Positions 11,666-26,338 of a DNA stretch of 64,000 nt are shown one piece after another (within the stretch, counting starts at the first letter, position 1; each line of letters starts with the position of its first letter). The DNA lies in IMG/VR virus record IMGVR_UViG_3300035661_000045, positions 14,720 through 78,719 of that record; one strand, 5' to 3'. Position numbers and translations under genes: made by a program. The DNA comes from a virus. The notes beneath the pieces were generated by a model, which was not told the DNA's origin, made no database searches, and saw only the letters and a list, made by a program, of their open reading frames with translations.

Positions 11666-14600
11666 ATGAATTTATACGATAAAACACTTGGATTAGATGT
11701 TGAACCTATTGGAGATTTGAAATATAGTAATCCAAACATAGTAAAAGATCCATCTGAATTTGGACAATTAAAGATAAATAACTACAAAAATCAATGAAGA
11801 ACTGATCCAACAATGCAAGAAAATGTTGGACAATTCTTTAATAATCAAGATGTAAATGATAAATATCTTAATAGAGAAAATATTACATCTGGAGATTTAA
11901 ATGATCTTAATGAAGTTCAATATAGAAATCAAACAACTGGAGAAGCGTGGAGAAATGGATTTGTAAGTAGGGCTTTATCGGTAATTCCAAAAACATTAAA
12001 TATGCCAGGAGTTGTTGGTGGTCTTGCTGCTAGTATAGGGGACTATTTAGTAAATACCATTGATCCAGATAAAAAAAGTAATTGGGCCGAATCATTAGAT
12101 CATACATACAATAACTTCTGGGTAAATGCAATGAATGATATTGATACTGGTCTTAGAAATGCTATGCCTGTTTATGGAAGTAAAAATAATTATGGATCTC
12201 CAAGTTTATTAAAAAATATGAGTTCTGCTAAATTCTGGGCAGATGATATGTTGGATGGTCTTGCATTTACTGCATCTGCTATGATTCCTGGAGCTGGTAT
12301 AGCTAAAGGTCTTCAAGCATTAGAATTGGCTGGAAAAGCTAGTGGTATATTTAAGGGCGCCACTGTATTAGCTAATTTAGGCAAAACAGCAGAAGCATTG
12401 ACAGAAGCTCAGAAAGCAGCAAAGGGAGTTGATTTTCTTACTGAAGCATTAACAACTGGAGTTAATACAATTAACGAGTCTGCACTTGAAGCTTATGGAG
12501 CTGTAAAGGGGTTGGATGAAAATCAATCCAAACAAACCTTATTGCAAAATGATCCATTATTAAATAAAAGTGCAACAAGAATATCTCAATTAGAAAAACA
12601 ATATGACTCACTACCAAATGAACTTCCAGTTACGACAAGTGAAGGTGTTGTAATACCGACAAAAAAAATGCTTTTAGCCAAGCAAATAGAAGAAGAATCT
12701 GCTAGTTTAGAAAGTAATTTAAATGATAAATGGAAAGAACTAAAAGGTAAAGTTGGATTAAATGTTTTTAATTGAAATAATGTAGTTCTTCTTGCTCCGG
12801 ATTATCTTCAATCAAAATTATTTACAAAATCATTTGGGGAAGCAGAAAAAGTTATAGATAGAATTACTAAGGATGGTGGAAAAAGTGCAATTGTAGGGTC
12901 TTTATTAAAAAATGCAGCAAAAGAATTTGGTATTGGAACTTTACGTGAAGGTTTCTGGGAGGAAAATGTTCAATCTGCAATATCCAACTATTACCAAAGT
13001 CAATTATATAATAAAAGACAAATAGACAAAGATGATATAAGTTTTGTAGATAATCTTCTTAAATTTGGAAGTGACGATTTAAAAGATATATCATCTAGTA
13101 TGGGTCAAAACGCATTAGATTTATTTGAAGGTAAGAGTACTGATGGTACTAGATCTATATTTCTTGGTGCTGCATCTGGAGGATTAACATCATCTGTATT
13201 TGGGGCACAACAACAATTTCATGATAATAAAAATGCTAAATTAGAAGAAGCTAAATGAAATGAAGTAAAAAATTGGTCTAATCAAGCAACATCTATGTTT
13301 TATGATGGGTATAAAGATATTCTAGATAAAGATGGAAACGTCTCTATGGAGAATATGATCAAAACACTTACATATACAAATCAGAATAAATCATCAATAG
13401 ATAAAGATCAAATGTCATTACTAACAGGTAATAATGTTGTTGGGTCTTTACTTAAAAATGATGAGTTAGCCAAACGGTTTTATCAACAAATAGCTGAATT
13501 AAAAAAAGGTAAATTTAATAGTCAGGAAGAAGCAGTAGAAGTATTAAAGAATAATATAGAGCAATTAAAATCAGGAGAAAATGCAGATGAGGATACGGCC
13601 AAAAATGTAGATTTCTTTTTATCTAAGATTGATAATTTATCAGAAAATTGGACTAAGGCTAGTAAACAAATAGATTCAATAATAGATAATAAAGATGAAA
13701 ACTCAAAACTTCATCAAGATCTATTAACTAAAACATTATTCTTTGGAATGAATAAGATTAATGAGATTGATTCTATATTAAAAGAAAATGAAGGTAAAAT
13801 TTCAGATAAGCAGAAACAATCACTTGAAGATTTAAAAACCTCTATATCTAATTCCATGGAATTATTTAAAACTCAAGATAGTTTAAAAAACATGTCTGAT
13901 GAGTTTACTCGTTCTGCAAATTTATCAACAGAATTTAGAAATAGGGCTAATGAAGAATTAAAAAAACCAGAAGCTGAAAGAGATAATAATTTAATAAATA
14001 GTTTAGAATATCAAGCAAATGAATTAGATGATATATCTGGCCTAATTGCTGATGAAAATAATAAAACATTTAATTCTACCTATGGATTTGATTCATTCAA
14101 GATGTCTTTAAGTCCTACAGATGTAATAAATAGAAGTAAACTTGGTATTAGAGATAGATATTTCTATGATATCGGAATGGATGCTATATCTAAAAATAGA
14201 TTGAATGATATTCTTACTAATAAGGATTCTTCAATAGATGATATAGTGTCATTTGTAAAAAGTGATTCTATGCACTATATAAATGAGTCTGATAAAGATA
14301 GAATTAAAAAAGCACTAGAAGTGCGATTAAATAAAATTGAAGATACATCTGAAGCTAAGAATGATTTAGATAAATTAATGAAAAATGCTGGATTAGAGTT
14401 TAATGATATGGATATGATTGTAAAATCAAAAGATATTAAACCTACTCCAGAATATGAAGCTAAAACTAAAGAAGAAAAGGTAGAGTATCTTAAGTTTATT
14501 AATTCATTAAATGATGAAATAAATAACTCTGGAGATAGACTTAAACAATCAATGAAATTAGTCGATGAAGTTGATAAAGTTTATTCTAATAGAGATACAG

Positions 14601-17600
14601 AAAGAACTGAATATTTAGGTTCTGAAGAAAATGCACATAAAGATAGTTTTGTAACAAATCTTCGAAAAAGAATAGCTAATGAATTTCTTAATAAGACTCA
14701 GGCATTATCAAAAAATATAAGTGAAGATGATTCATTTTCAAATACTGATTTATTAAATAAATTAATTAAAGAATTAAACAATAGAATTAGCGTCTTTAAT
14801 AATAGTGAATTTCACAAAGATTTAATTCCTGGATATTCAGATAAATTAGTAAAACTTAGAGATGAGATAGAGTCATATAAGGTTAAAGCCGATTTAAATA
14901 AAAACAATAAATCAGCATTAGATGAACGTATTAAACGCGATAATAATAATTCCCATATGAATGCGTTAGGTTTATCTTTAGATGGTACAAAAGTATCAAT
15001 TATGGATAAAAGTCTTACAGATGCTATTAAATCAATTGTAGGAGATGCTTTATGGAATGAATTAATATCAGGCTTAGAAACTGATGGTAAATTAGGAGAC
15101 TCTATCTTTGTGGATAGATTTATGTCAAAACTATCAGAAGATAATAAATTAAAGGTTGTTGATGTTGTAAGTAAAAATAACGATATAGTTAAATCTGAAT
15201 TAAATGATATATTCAATTCATATATTGATAACAACGTAAATAAATCTAAAGAAAAATTAGTTCAAAAGAATTATTTATCATCATTCTTAGATAATCCCGA
15301 AAGATGTTTGTTTGGATTGTTCTCAAGATTAAAAAGCGATGGCAAGACAATACTTAAAGTTTCAACAGAGAAATCCACTAACAATAAAAAAAGTATTCTT
15401 GATAAATTCTTAGTAGACAATAACCTTGAATTATTCTTAGAGAATGTAGAATTGGATACAACTGAGTTGAGTATATCTAATAAAAAGTTTATTAAAGGAC
15501 TTCTTGAGAGATTAATTAAAGTTAGAAATTCTGCAATAATATCTGAATCATTATCAACAAGTTCTAATATGAAGAATTTTGTTGAGACTGAAGAAAAGTT
15601 AGCTAAAGAAAATCAGGGTGGTATAGCTCCATCAAATCAACAAAGAGATGTTATTAAACGAATATTTAAGTGGTTTGGTTTAAACGATGTTGATAAAGCT
15701 AATGGATATTCTTCTATATTATTATGCAATGGAATAGCTGGTACTGGTAAAACTACTGTTATAGCAAAACTATTATTCAAAATACTTTCAAGAACAGATA
15801 ATATTGATGTAAATAAAAATGTTACAGTTGTAGGTAGTAATAGAAATATAGCTGAATCATTGGCTAAAAATATATCTAAGAAGAATGATTCTGGAGTGTA
15901 TAATTTTGAAGAATTTTTATCAAGTGCAATTAGTTCTGATTCTAAAATCATAGTATTTGATGAAATAGGTACTCTTGATTTAAATGACATTAATAGACTT
16001 AAAGAAAAGATTGAAGATATTAATAAAAATAGAGATCAAAAGAATTTAATAAAAGTCCTAGGTCTTGGAGACCCCAATCAAGTTAGAGATACAACTTCTG
16101 ATATAAAATCATTTTTTGTAGAGCAGATACCTGACTCTTCATTTGAATCTAGCAAAATAAAATCATTACCGTCATTAATAGTTCAGTACAGAAGTGATAT
16201 TGATGCAATAAATGATGCTGCTGATGCTTTTAGCGGAAGATCTACTTATCCTAAATTTGTAATAGCTAAAGCTAATACGGAGTTAGATTCTATTAAAGAA
16301 GATCCAAAGGGAGTTCATGCTGTAAAATCATTAGAACAATTTGCCAAAAGGATTTCTATTGCATTAAAAGGTAATAGAGATGGGGGTAGAGTTACTATTG
16401 GATATAATACTGATAGCGAGTTAGCAGATTTAAAATCTGCAATAAGCGCAGAAGATCAATCTAAGTGTGATTTCAAACACTTTACAGATATACAAGGAAG
16501 TACTCTTGATCAAATATTTATATACGTACTAAAAGGTGGAGTTATAAATCCAGTACAAGGTGGCGTGTCCGAGGTTGTTAAGTCTAGATATAATGCTATA
16601 ATGTATATGTTATTGTCAAGACCCAAGGAATATGCTTGCGTATATAATGAAGACAATACATTTACACAAGAAGTAGACTCGTTCTCGATGGAAAGTAAGA
16701 CTACTAAGAATGTAGAGCAAATGCTTAAAGCTAAAGAGCAATACACTAATACTGTAAGTTCTGAGTCTGCAATTATGGATAACAAAAAAACTACTTCAAA
16801 TAAAACTACATCACCAAAAGAAGATACCGTAGAACCAATAATAGTTCCAACAGAAACTACAAAAGATGATGAAGATTTTGAGCAGAAAGATTTTGATGAT
16901 GAAGAAGAAGATGCTACTAAAGAGATTGAAAAGATTGAAAAGATAAAATCTGAAATAAATAAAAAAGCTGAAGAAGCAGAGGCGAAGCAACAGGAAGAGT
17001 CCAAGAAAGAGTTAATAAGCGATGATGAATTAAATCCAAATACAGAGCATATCTCAATAGAAAACACTACCAGTGATACTATTAAATCATCTGGTATAAA
17101 AGCTGGAGATGAATTAACTGTAAATAAAATGACTTCTAAAGGCAAAACTATATGGGGTCTATTTGCTAAAGTTGGGGATGTATATCATCATGTAGCCAGT
17201 TTAAGCATTAAAGAGGCTTTGGCTCTTGGATTGCAAGAATCTAATTTCGGAAAAGGTTCTATAATACAAAATTTTGATGGTATTTATAAATCTAAAGATG
17301 TTGAAAATACATTTGCTTTAAAAGATGGTAATCAAATTAAAGTGGTTGTATCAAAAGACCCGACTACACTTACTATAAAATATGATCAAAATTCACCCAT
17401 GTCAGGAAGTGGCTTTATCAGTAATGTAATAGCCTCTATGGCAGTTGCGTTTAATAAAGTAAAAGAAGGTTCAACTGTTCAGATGTTCCTTCCTACAATC
17501 AAAAATATGGGGCCTGGACAAGAGCATGCAGACTTACCATTAAAACTTGGAATACCTTATTTAATCATAAAGTTTAATGGACTCAAAAAAATGTATGTTA

Positions 17601-20600
17601 GGTTAGAACCTAAAACTTTTAATTCTGAATCTTCTTGGAATACATTTAGTGGAAAGAATGCATATAATGTTTTAAAATCATTTACCAATGGCGTTGAAGC
17701 AATTGAAAATTGATTTTCTAATAATGGCATTTCAACCAAATTTGGTGATTTAGATTTTGGGATATTAATTAACCTTATTGCACAATCAAAATATATAGCC
17801 AAAAATAGTGATAATACAATATCATTTGTAAATCAAGATGAAAATTCATTTGAAAAATTATTAACAGATAGTCCAATTACACAGCGTATTGAAAATATGT
17901 TTGGTAATGATATAAATAAGTTTAAGAATTTTATCAAAGAAAACGAACAATCTATTGAGGACATAATTAATGCTCACTATAATGTTGAAGATAAAGCATC
18001 TGAAGTTAAATTAGATCAAAATGCTGAAGATGAATATGGTTTTTCAGATTCATTAGATAACTTTGACTCAAAGATAACTAAACTTGCATCTGTATTTAGT
18101 TCGATTTTAAAAGGCATTCCAATTAAATCTATAAATGAAGATTTTGTTAGAGAACAATTTGGTATAACCAATATAGATGATATTACTGAATTTATAAAGA
18201 TATTCAAGAAAATTAATATTGATGAAGCATTTAGATTAACTAATTTATGTTCGGATGCATTTAGAAATAATAAATTATTTTCAAAAGGAGCTTCAGAAAA
18301 TATAGATGCAAATAATAAGACCGATGTTCGTAATATAAGAGAATTATTTAAAATAATATTAAAAGACAATAGAATTCTTGGAGTTCAAAATACAACTCAA
18401 TATGAATGACTTCCAGAGATAGAAGATGGTAAAGATAGAGATGGTAAAACTAAATATAAAAAACATGTTGTAGTTGCCAGAAATGTTAATGAAGCAAATG
18501 TAAGAGATGTCAAGAAAGATGTAGTTGTTACTTCTAAGAAGATTGGTTATAGACATAGTGATATTCAGTCTGTATTAAACAATATAGTACTAGCTAATAA
18601 ATCCATCAATAATAAAAATTTTAGAACAAATAGAACTTTAGCTGAAATTAAAAATGGTAGTTCAAACAAAACTAAAAAGTCTGTATCAGTTATGAATACA
18701 GACTCAGATTTTTTTGTTGATAAAAATGCAGAAGCATTTGATAAAACTATTGATATAAGTTCAGATAAAAAAATTAATGAAAATTTAGATGCTATTAAAG
18801 CTAATTCTGAAAGTTATACATATAGACTTGATGATTTAAAATATCTGTTAGATAATAACAATAAAATCAAACGTAATATAGATGCTAATGAAGTTTCAGA
18901 TGCAAACAAATCAGATAATTTTGACAAAATGGAAGATTTGACTACAACTAACTTTAATGGAGTTACCAGTACATCGCTAATTGTTACTAATGGTAAATCT
19001 AAATTAGAGTCAAATGAAACTATAAAATCTGAAGTTAAAAAAACTGAAAAACCAATAGATGAAGTTGCTGATATAGATGATTTATTACTTGAGAAAGATA
19101 CTGAATCAAAACAATTAGTTGGTAAAGAAATTAAAATTAATTCTGCATTAGATTATCTAAAAAGATTGTTTCCGACAGAATCAGAAGATGTATTTAAATT
19201 TCTAGAAGCTGTTAGAAGTGGTGATAAAAATGTTTTTGGTAGATTTGTAAATGGTATTATTGAAGTTGAAAAAGCTTCATCTGATACTGTATATGAAAAT
19301 ATTGTTAGACATGAGGCATTTCATAAAGTATGGAATGAATTTTTAACTCAAGAACAACGCAATTCAATTGTTGAATCTTATTTAAATACACTTACAGAAC
19401 AGCAAGAGAAAGAGCAGGGCTTATTTGGGCTTCCATTAGAACAATTATCTAAGATACTTGAAGAAAAGATAGCTAGAAAATATCAAGCATATAATAAAAA
19501 TCAAGATAAGAATTATGGTTTTATGCAGAAATCTCTATTATATCTTAAAGATGTATTTAGTAGATTAAAAACAATGCTTACTGGGCGTGCATCTGACATA
19601 GAACATTATTTTAATTTAATTGATGGTGGATATTTTAATAGTCAATTTGCAAACTTTAGAGGAACTCGTGGATATTATGGTATTCAAGAAGATTTTGGAA
19701 CTGTTGATAATTATATAATAGCTAAACAAAAAGTTGCTGATATATTTGCACATATATCTTCTCTTGGTAGAAATGGTAGTTTTATTCCATTTTCAGAAAC
19801 AGAGATTAATGATTCTTTATTGGCTACAGTTAAATCTTTACTTGCAAAAACTAATAATATTGTATCTAAAATGGATGTTAAAAATCTATCAGAACAAGAT
19901 AAAATTAATTATAACAAGTATTTAAAGAACATAGAAGCTTATGAGTCTTTATTGAGGACTAATAATGGAACTAGATTTCCAGTATTAGTTAAGATGTTAA
20001 ATGAAATACTTCCTGGTCGTAGTGAGAATTCTATTATAAATAATAATTGAGAAATTGTTAGGGATGGAAATGAATTAAATATGGATGATATTGAAGAAGA
20101 TTCTGATGTTAAGACTGAAAATTCTGAGGGTACAGTATTGTCACCATTTGCGGTTAATTCAAATGAGGTTAATCAAGAAACTAAATTATTTGCAAAAATA
20201 AAACATTTTTTGATGACTATAAAAAATCTTAATGGTGATTTTATAAATAACAGATATGCATTTATTAGGGTGTTTCAACTAATGGAAGGACTTAATAATG
20301 ATTTAAATTCAAATTCCAAATTGAATATAATGGATCAGATTGCTGCTGTTTTATCTAAAAGTATTACTAAATCAAAAACTCTTAATGCAGTAGAATTAGA
20401 ATCTCAATATGGAAATCGTTCTGATGTAGCTATATTCTCAAAACTTAAAGAAATTTATGAATTAGCATCTGCTATTAATTATCCATCATTTATATCTAAT
20501 TCCAATAAGGATTTAGTGAATGTTCCTATTAGAAATGACATTAAAGTATTTTTAGATAAAAATGGAGATATATCTACAATTGCATATTCTAAAGATGGTT

Positions 20601-23600
20601 CTGAAATAAAAGAAAATTCATTAATAGATATAAATAATAATAATAAAATATCTATTATAGAGAAGATTAATGGTGAGAATCAAAAGGAATTTGCTGAAAG
20701 AGCATTTAAATCTACTTTTGGATATAATGAAAAATCCAATATAGTCGAGATGTCTGCTATTATGCATAGAGAATTAGCTCGTAATAAATGGGTAGAAATA
20801 CAAAATACATTTAATTCATTAAAGGAGGAAAGACTCAAAATTGTAAAGAATAAGAATGATAATAATAATATGACCATCTCATCAATAGATGGTCAATCAT
20901 CTTCTAAGAATATAACACTAATTGGTGCTTTAAAGAATAAAATATCAAATAAGTTTAAAACAATAGAAGATTTTAAATCATTTATATCTGAAGATAAAAA
21001 ATTCAGTGATCCATCAATTTATGATAGTGTAAAAAACGATGTAGAAAAAACAAAAGAATATGTTCTTGACTTTCTAAATAAAATTGGGATTACAAATATA
21101 AAAAATATTTCTGGTAGTGATATTAAATATGCTGATTTAAGAAATAATATATATAATTTCATGCGTACAAACGCATTATCTGCAATAGAAAAAATTGAAG
21201 CCAGTAATAAATCATCTGAATTTGATGATAGTTCAAATTTATTAAATGATGACCTGAGAATGTCAGATGAATATATTGAAAAATTATTTGAAGATGAAGG
21301 TGGTATTTTAGATTCTATATCAGACTTGGTAAATCCAGAAGATAATCAAAGTGTTAGTTCTACATATAGGGATGCAAAAGGTAAGAGATTGTATATGACA
21401 GTTCCTACATCATTTGCAAGTAAGATATTTAAACAGTTAGGAATGATGAAATTATTTTCAAAATTCATTAATTTACCACAATATCTTAATACTGAATTTA
21501 TGAAAAATAACATTATACAAAAAGGTCTTCAAGAGATTTATACATTTAAAATGCATAGTGGTATTTTAAATACAAGTAAATACACCGATGATTCAGTTGT
21601 TGAATACGATGGAGAAGGATTTTCTCAGTTTGTATTGAGAACATTCTTAGCTGACTTTTTATCAAACTTTAAGAAATCCAAAAAGAATGGTGAATATACC
21701 TATGAACAACCAATATATGTAAAATCCAACAGAAAAGATTCTCAATCAGCAAAAGTAAATGTATTATCATCTAACAATATATTGGAAACTATATTTCCTA
21801 CTATATTTAACCAGATGATGAAACAAAATATATCCGATGAATCAAGATGGGAAAATTATAGTGTTGATTCATTTGTAAACATGAAAAGATTAGAAGGTGC
21901 ATTAAGAGATGTGATTGGTGAAAACTATAAAAATATTTTTAGAGAGATGCTTTCTAAAAAACAATCTTTTTCAGATTTTACATCAGAACAACAATCTGCA
22001 ATTAAGGAAAATATAAGAAAACAATTTGAAGATGAATCTAAATTGGTAGCTAAAAAGATTATAAATGAAAACATACAATTTGATGCTAAGACAAAAGATA
22101 TAATCAAAAATCTTCTTATATTTAATGGTATGTCAGAAGTTGATGCAAAAGGAATTATTAAAGATTTTTCTGAAAATCAATCCAAGAACAATAATGCAAA
22201 AACTAATAATACTGGAGTTTATTCTAACAAGCCAGAGATGTTTGAAAAAGCTCTTGAATTATTCTTAATGAATAACTACGTTAATTCATATGCAGTTACA
22301 CAATTAGTAACATCAAATAATAATTTCTTTAAAGATGGAACATCATTATTAAAACGTATGTCTGTTGTATTTGGTCCTGGATTATCTCCTACGGTTGGTG
22401 ATTTGGGAATGAGACCAACAGCTAAAGTATTAGTAATAGATGATGTAGATTACAAACCATCAGATAGAGCAGCAATGATGAATGTAGCTGGTTTTTCTAA
22501 AAGTGATATAGATGCAGTATTAGAAAAGGGAGGTGATGGCGTAACTGAATATGCAGATGGACAAGGATTTATAACTCCTAAACGTCATGAAGAATTAACT
22601 CGTGGTTATGGTGCTTCATATAAATTATCAACAGTAGGTAAGCCATTATGGTACACTATTGATGATAATGGAGTTCCTCATGCAATTAAATATTCATGAG
22701 TAGAACTTACAGATCAATTAGTAAAAGATAATCCTCAATTAGCTAATTTAAGAGATAATATGGATTCTCATGATATTGGTGAGGCTGTATTTAAATCAGC
22801 AGTTAAAGTTGGTATTCCTAAAGGCACACACACATGGGAAGAAGCAACTTCAAGTAATTTAAATGTAAATAATTCATCTACTATGACACTTAAAAACGCT
22901 GATTATAGATTACAATTAAATCCAGCACATGACTTTGGTGAAAATCATGTATCAATTCCTACACAATTAATGTATATGCTTAATATATATCATGGTAATG
23001 AAGAAAGAGCTATGAATTCATATGGTGCATATAATAATATTATTAAATTAGGATTATCTACCCTGATGGATTCTTTATCAAATAAAGGTGTTCTTAGTGA
23101 ATCTAAGATATCTAAAATGGTATTAAGGAAATTAAGGGGTTCTAATTCTGCTGAAATTGAGGCAGAAATGTTTTCCAATGGTATATCGCAAGATTTTCCA
23201 ACATTAAGTGATAAAATAGTTAGTCAAATAGCGTCTTTATTTTCAAAAAATACTATATCTACCAAATTCATGGGTGGAAAGACTGTTTTACAAGCTTCTG
23301 TTGGCGTTAGAAATAGAGAGGGTAATGAATTATCATATAGTACGGAGAATATTAATGGTAAACGTCATACAATTTCTGAAGCTTTAATTACTCGTGATAT
23401 GGCTCAAAAGACATTACCAAAAGAAGTATTTGATTATTTAGATGAATTCTTTTCTAATCCAGAAAATAATGGTAAATCTCCAAAGGTTGCTATTGTTGGT
23501 GGTGATATGTTAGGGTTTCGTATTCCATCATCCGAAATACATAGTGCTGTTGCACTTAAAATTGAAGGATGATTTGAAGGTACTGGTAATAGTATTATAG

Positions 23601-26323
23601 TTCCCAAATATATCGTAGAGATCCATGGTAGTGACTTTGACGTTGACTCACTATTTATTATTGGTAGAGAATTTATCAAAGATAAAAATGATAATATTTT
23701 AAATTATAAGAAAGTTGATGGCAAATGAGTGTTTAATTCTTTATCACAAGACGAAATTAATAATTTGTCTTATGGTGAAAAGATGAAATATTTCAAAAGT
23801 GTTATCACCAACTCTATATTAGATGCTACAGTTGATCCTACTAATACAGTAAGAATGCAATCTCCTATTACAACAAAACAATTAAGCGATGTTAGACAAG
23901 AAATTTATAATGAAACTGGTACTAAAGCAACTAAAAAAGATTTAGATAATTCTGATTTTATGGAATCGTTTGAAGCTCATCAATCATCTCATAATGGTTC
24001 TGCTGGGACTGGTATTGTTGCCAGTGCGTTTAAAACAATTGCGTATGCTATACGAGCCGGAGAAAATAACGAGATTCCAACTGTAAAAACTACTGGACAA
24101 CAATTAATAATTGATGGAAAATTAATTAATAAATTATCAAATAAGTTGGAACTATATGAAGGACTTGATTCCTTGGTAAATGCTGCTATTGATAATGTAA
24201 AACTTCAAGTACTTCCATTCTTTAATTTAAATTCAAATACATTTTCTACATTTATTGGAATGATGGCAATGGATGGTGTTGGTTTAAAATATGCAGCTAG
24301 AATGTCAAGGCAATTGTTCTTTAAACAAATAGCTGATTATAAATCACCAACTTCTAGAGATTTTGGATTTAAACAAACAAATGTATTAATTGAAGAATTA
24401 AGACAATTAGTTGAAACTGAGAAATCATCTGAAGCTGATAGAGCTACTTATAAAGATTTGACATTGCAAGAACTTAAAGATTCATTGAAGTTTGCAGTTG
24501 ACAATAACTTGTCTTCATTATCAGAATATATAGCTGATTTAAGATCTGGTAAAATAGAATTATCTGAAGAGCATAAAGATTATATTAATTCTCAAATAAA
24601 ATTTATGGAATATTTTAAAACATTTAAAAAGATAGGTGGTGATTTAACATCATTATCTGGATATTTATCTATAATAAGAGATATGCCTACAACACAACTT
24701 GAAATTGAAAAGAAGTTGGACGTTGAAAATGATATATTTGAAAAAGACGATAACGGAAATATGGTTTCTAAGGATAATTTTTCAATAGATCTTAAAAATT
24801 TATTTCAATCAGCACCTCATATTAAATCTGCATCTGAAGTATTACATCAATTAAACGATGTAAATAAGATGTATATATTTAAACATGGTCCAATAGTAGA
24901 ATCACTTATAGATGATATTAAAACAAGTCCAGAGGCTGTTAATGAATCATTAAAACCAGATAGTGAATTAGAAGATCTTGAAAAATCAAATTCAAGTTCA
25001 ATAAAGGGTGGAAAAGATTCAGAAATATCTATGAGAGATGAAGTTATTAGATTTTTAATGAATTGTGTTAATTGAGATCCAGATTTCAAAGGTTATGATT
25101 CTATACCAGATGCTAGAATAAAAGTTAACAACAAGGAGACTAAAGTTTCTGGTATTGATGCTTTTAAGAAAAACTTCGGTAAAAAAGTAGAAGCTATAAT
25201 GAGTTATTTAGAATCTAATAACATTCAAAATAGGTTTATGAAGGAATTAGTTGGTACTGTAATGGCAAATACTATTATAGATTGGAAAATGCCTCGTTCT
25301 GTTGAGTTTAAATCAGATGATATTATTCAATTAAAAGCTGAATTTGATAAATTAAGTCAATACGATGTTGTATTTGAAGATGGTAAATACAAAGTAGTTC
25401 CTTCAGAAAATTTAGACTATAAAGAATGGCAAAAAGATTTTGTTAGATATGGAATATCAGTTAATGGAATGTCATTTGGTGCTACTAATTTTTCAATGGC
25501 ACTTCCAGATGAATTATACAAACCAGTGTCTGATGGACTTGAAAATCTTATTAATAAAATAAAATCTGATAGTACTGTTTTGATGAGAAATAAATTAAAT
25601 TTCTTTTATCAATATATAATGAATAATCCAGAAGTTATTAAACTAGCTTATTTAAAAAAGATAACATCTAATGGTAAATATTCAGGATTTGCAGAAATAA
25701 ATGGTCAAACTCATTTTTATGACATGCAACTTGAGTCTAAATCCGAAAATGATAAATCTAATTTATTAATAAGACAAATTAATAACAATGGAAAATCATT
25801 TATATATAAACTAATTGGAGTTAATAATGGTTCACTTTATTATGTAAAATTAGGTGCTGAAAATCCATCAAACTTTTATAATATGTCAGAAAATTTATTT
25901 TTTAGTGCTAATGGTGATTTTTATATTAATACAAAAATTCCTTCATTAGCTGTAATAAATAATAATGATAAGGAATTTAAGCTTGAAGGTAAGAATGGAA
26001 AAGAAAATGATCTATTATCAATGCTTAAAGCCAAATATGATAAAAATCCTTTTATTATTGCAGTACATAATTATACAGATGTAATGAGAACTGGTTCTAA
26101 AGAAGTTGTTGTTGAAATTAAAGGCAATAAACTTGTTGTCGTTGATGATAAAGTATATAAATCTACTGTTGAAGAAAAAACAAATGAAATTAATGATAAT
26201 TCATTTGAATCAAACAAAGACAATATTCTAAATAAATTCGCTGAAGAAACTCAAGAATCTTGAGATGCTAAAAGTGATGAAATTAAATCTGAATTAATTA
26301 GACAAATTAACGAGGGTTGTTAA
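11666..26323 (+). CDS. Giant virion polyprotein, 4885 aa: membrane-like N-terminus, SF1 helicase-like ATPase, zincin, two-barrel RNA polymerase (TGA=Trp)
   Basis: Eight track ORFs in one frame; the gaps contain only TGA (11). Motifs GIAGTGKT, VFDE, GDPNQ, QYRS, QGST, LSR; HEAFH; ADGQGF, SAVKVG, GFRIPS; catalytic GSDFDVD (DFDVD at 23633-23647). Confidence 0.9.
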
Positions 26324-26338
26324 TCAATAAAAATAAAT

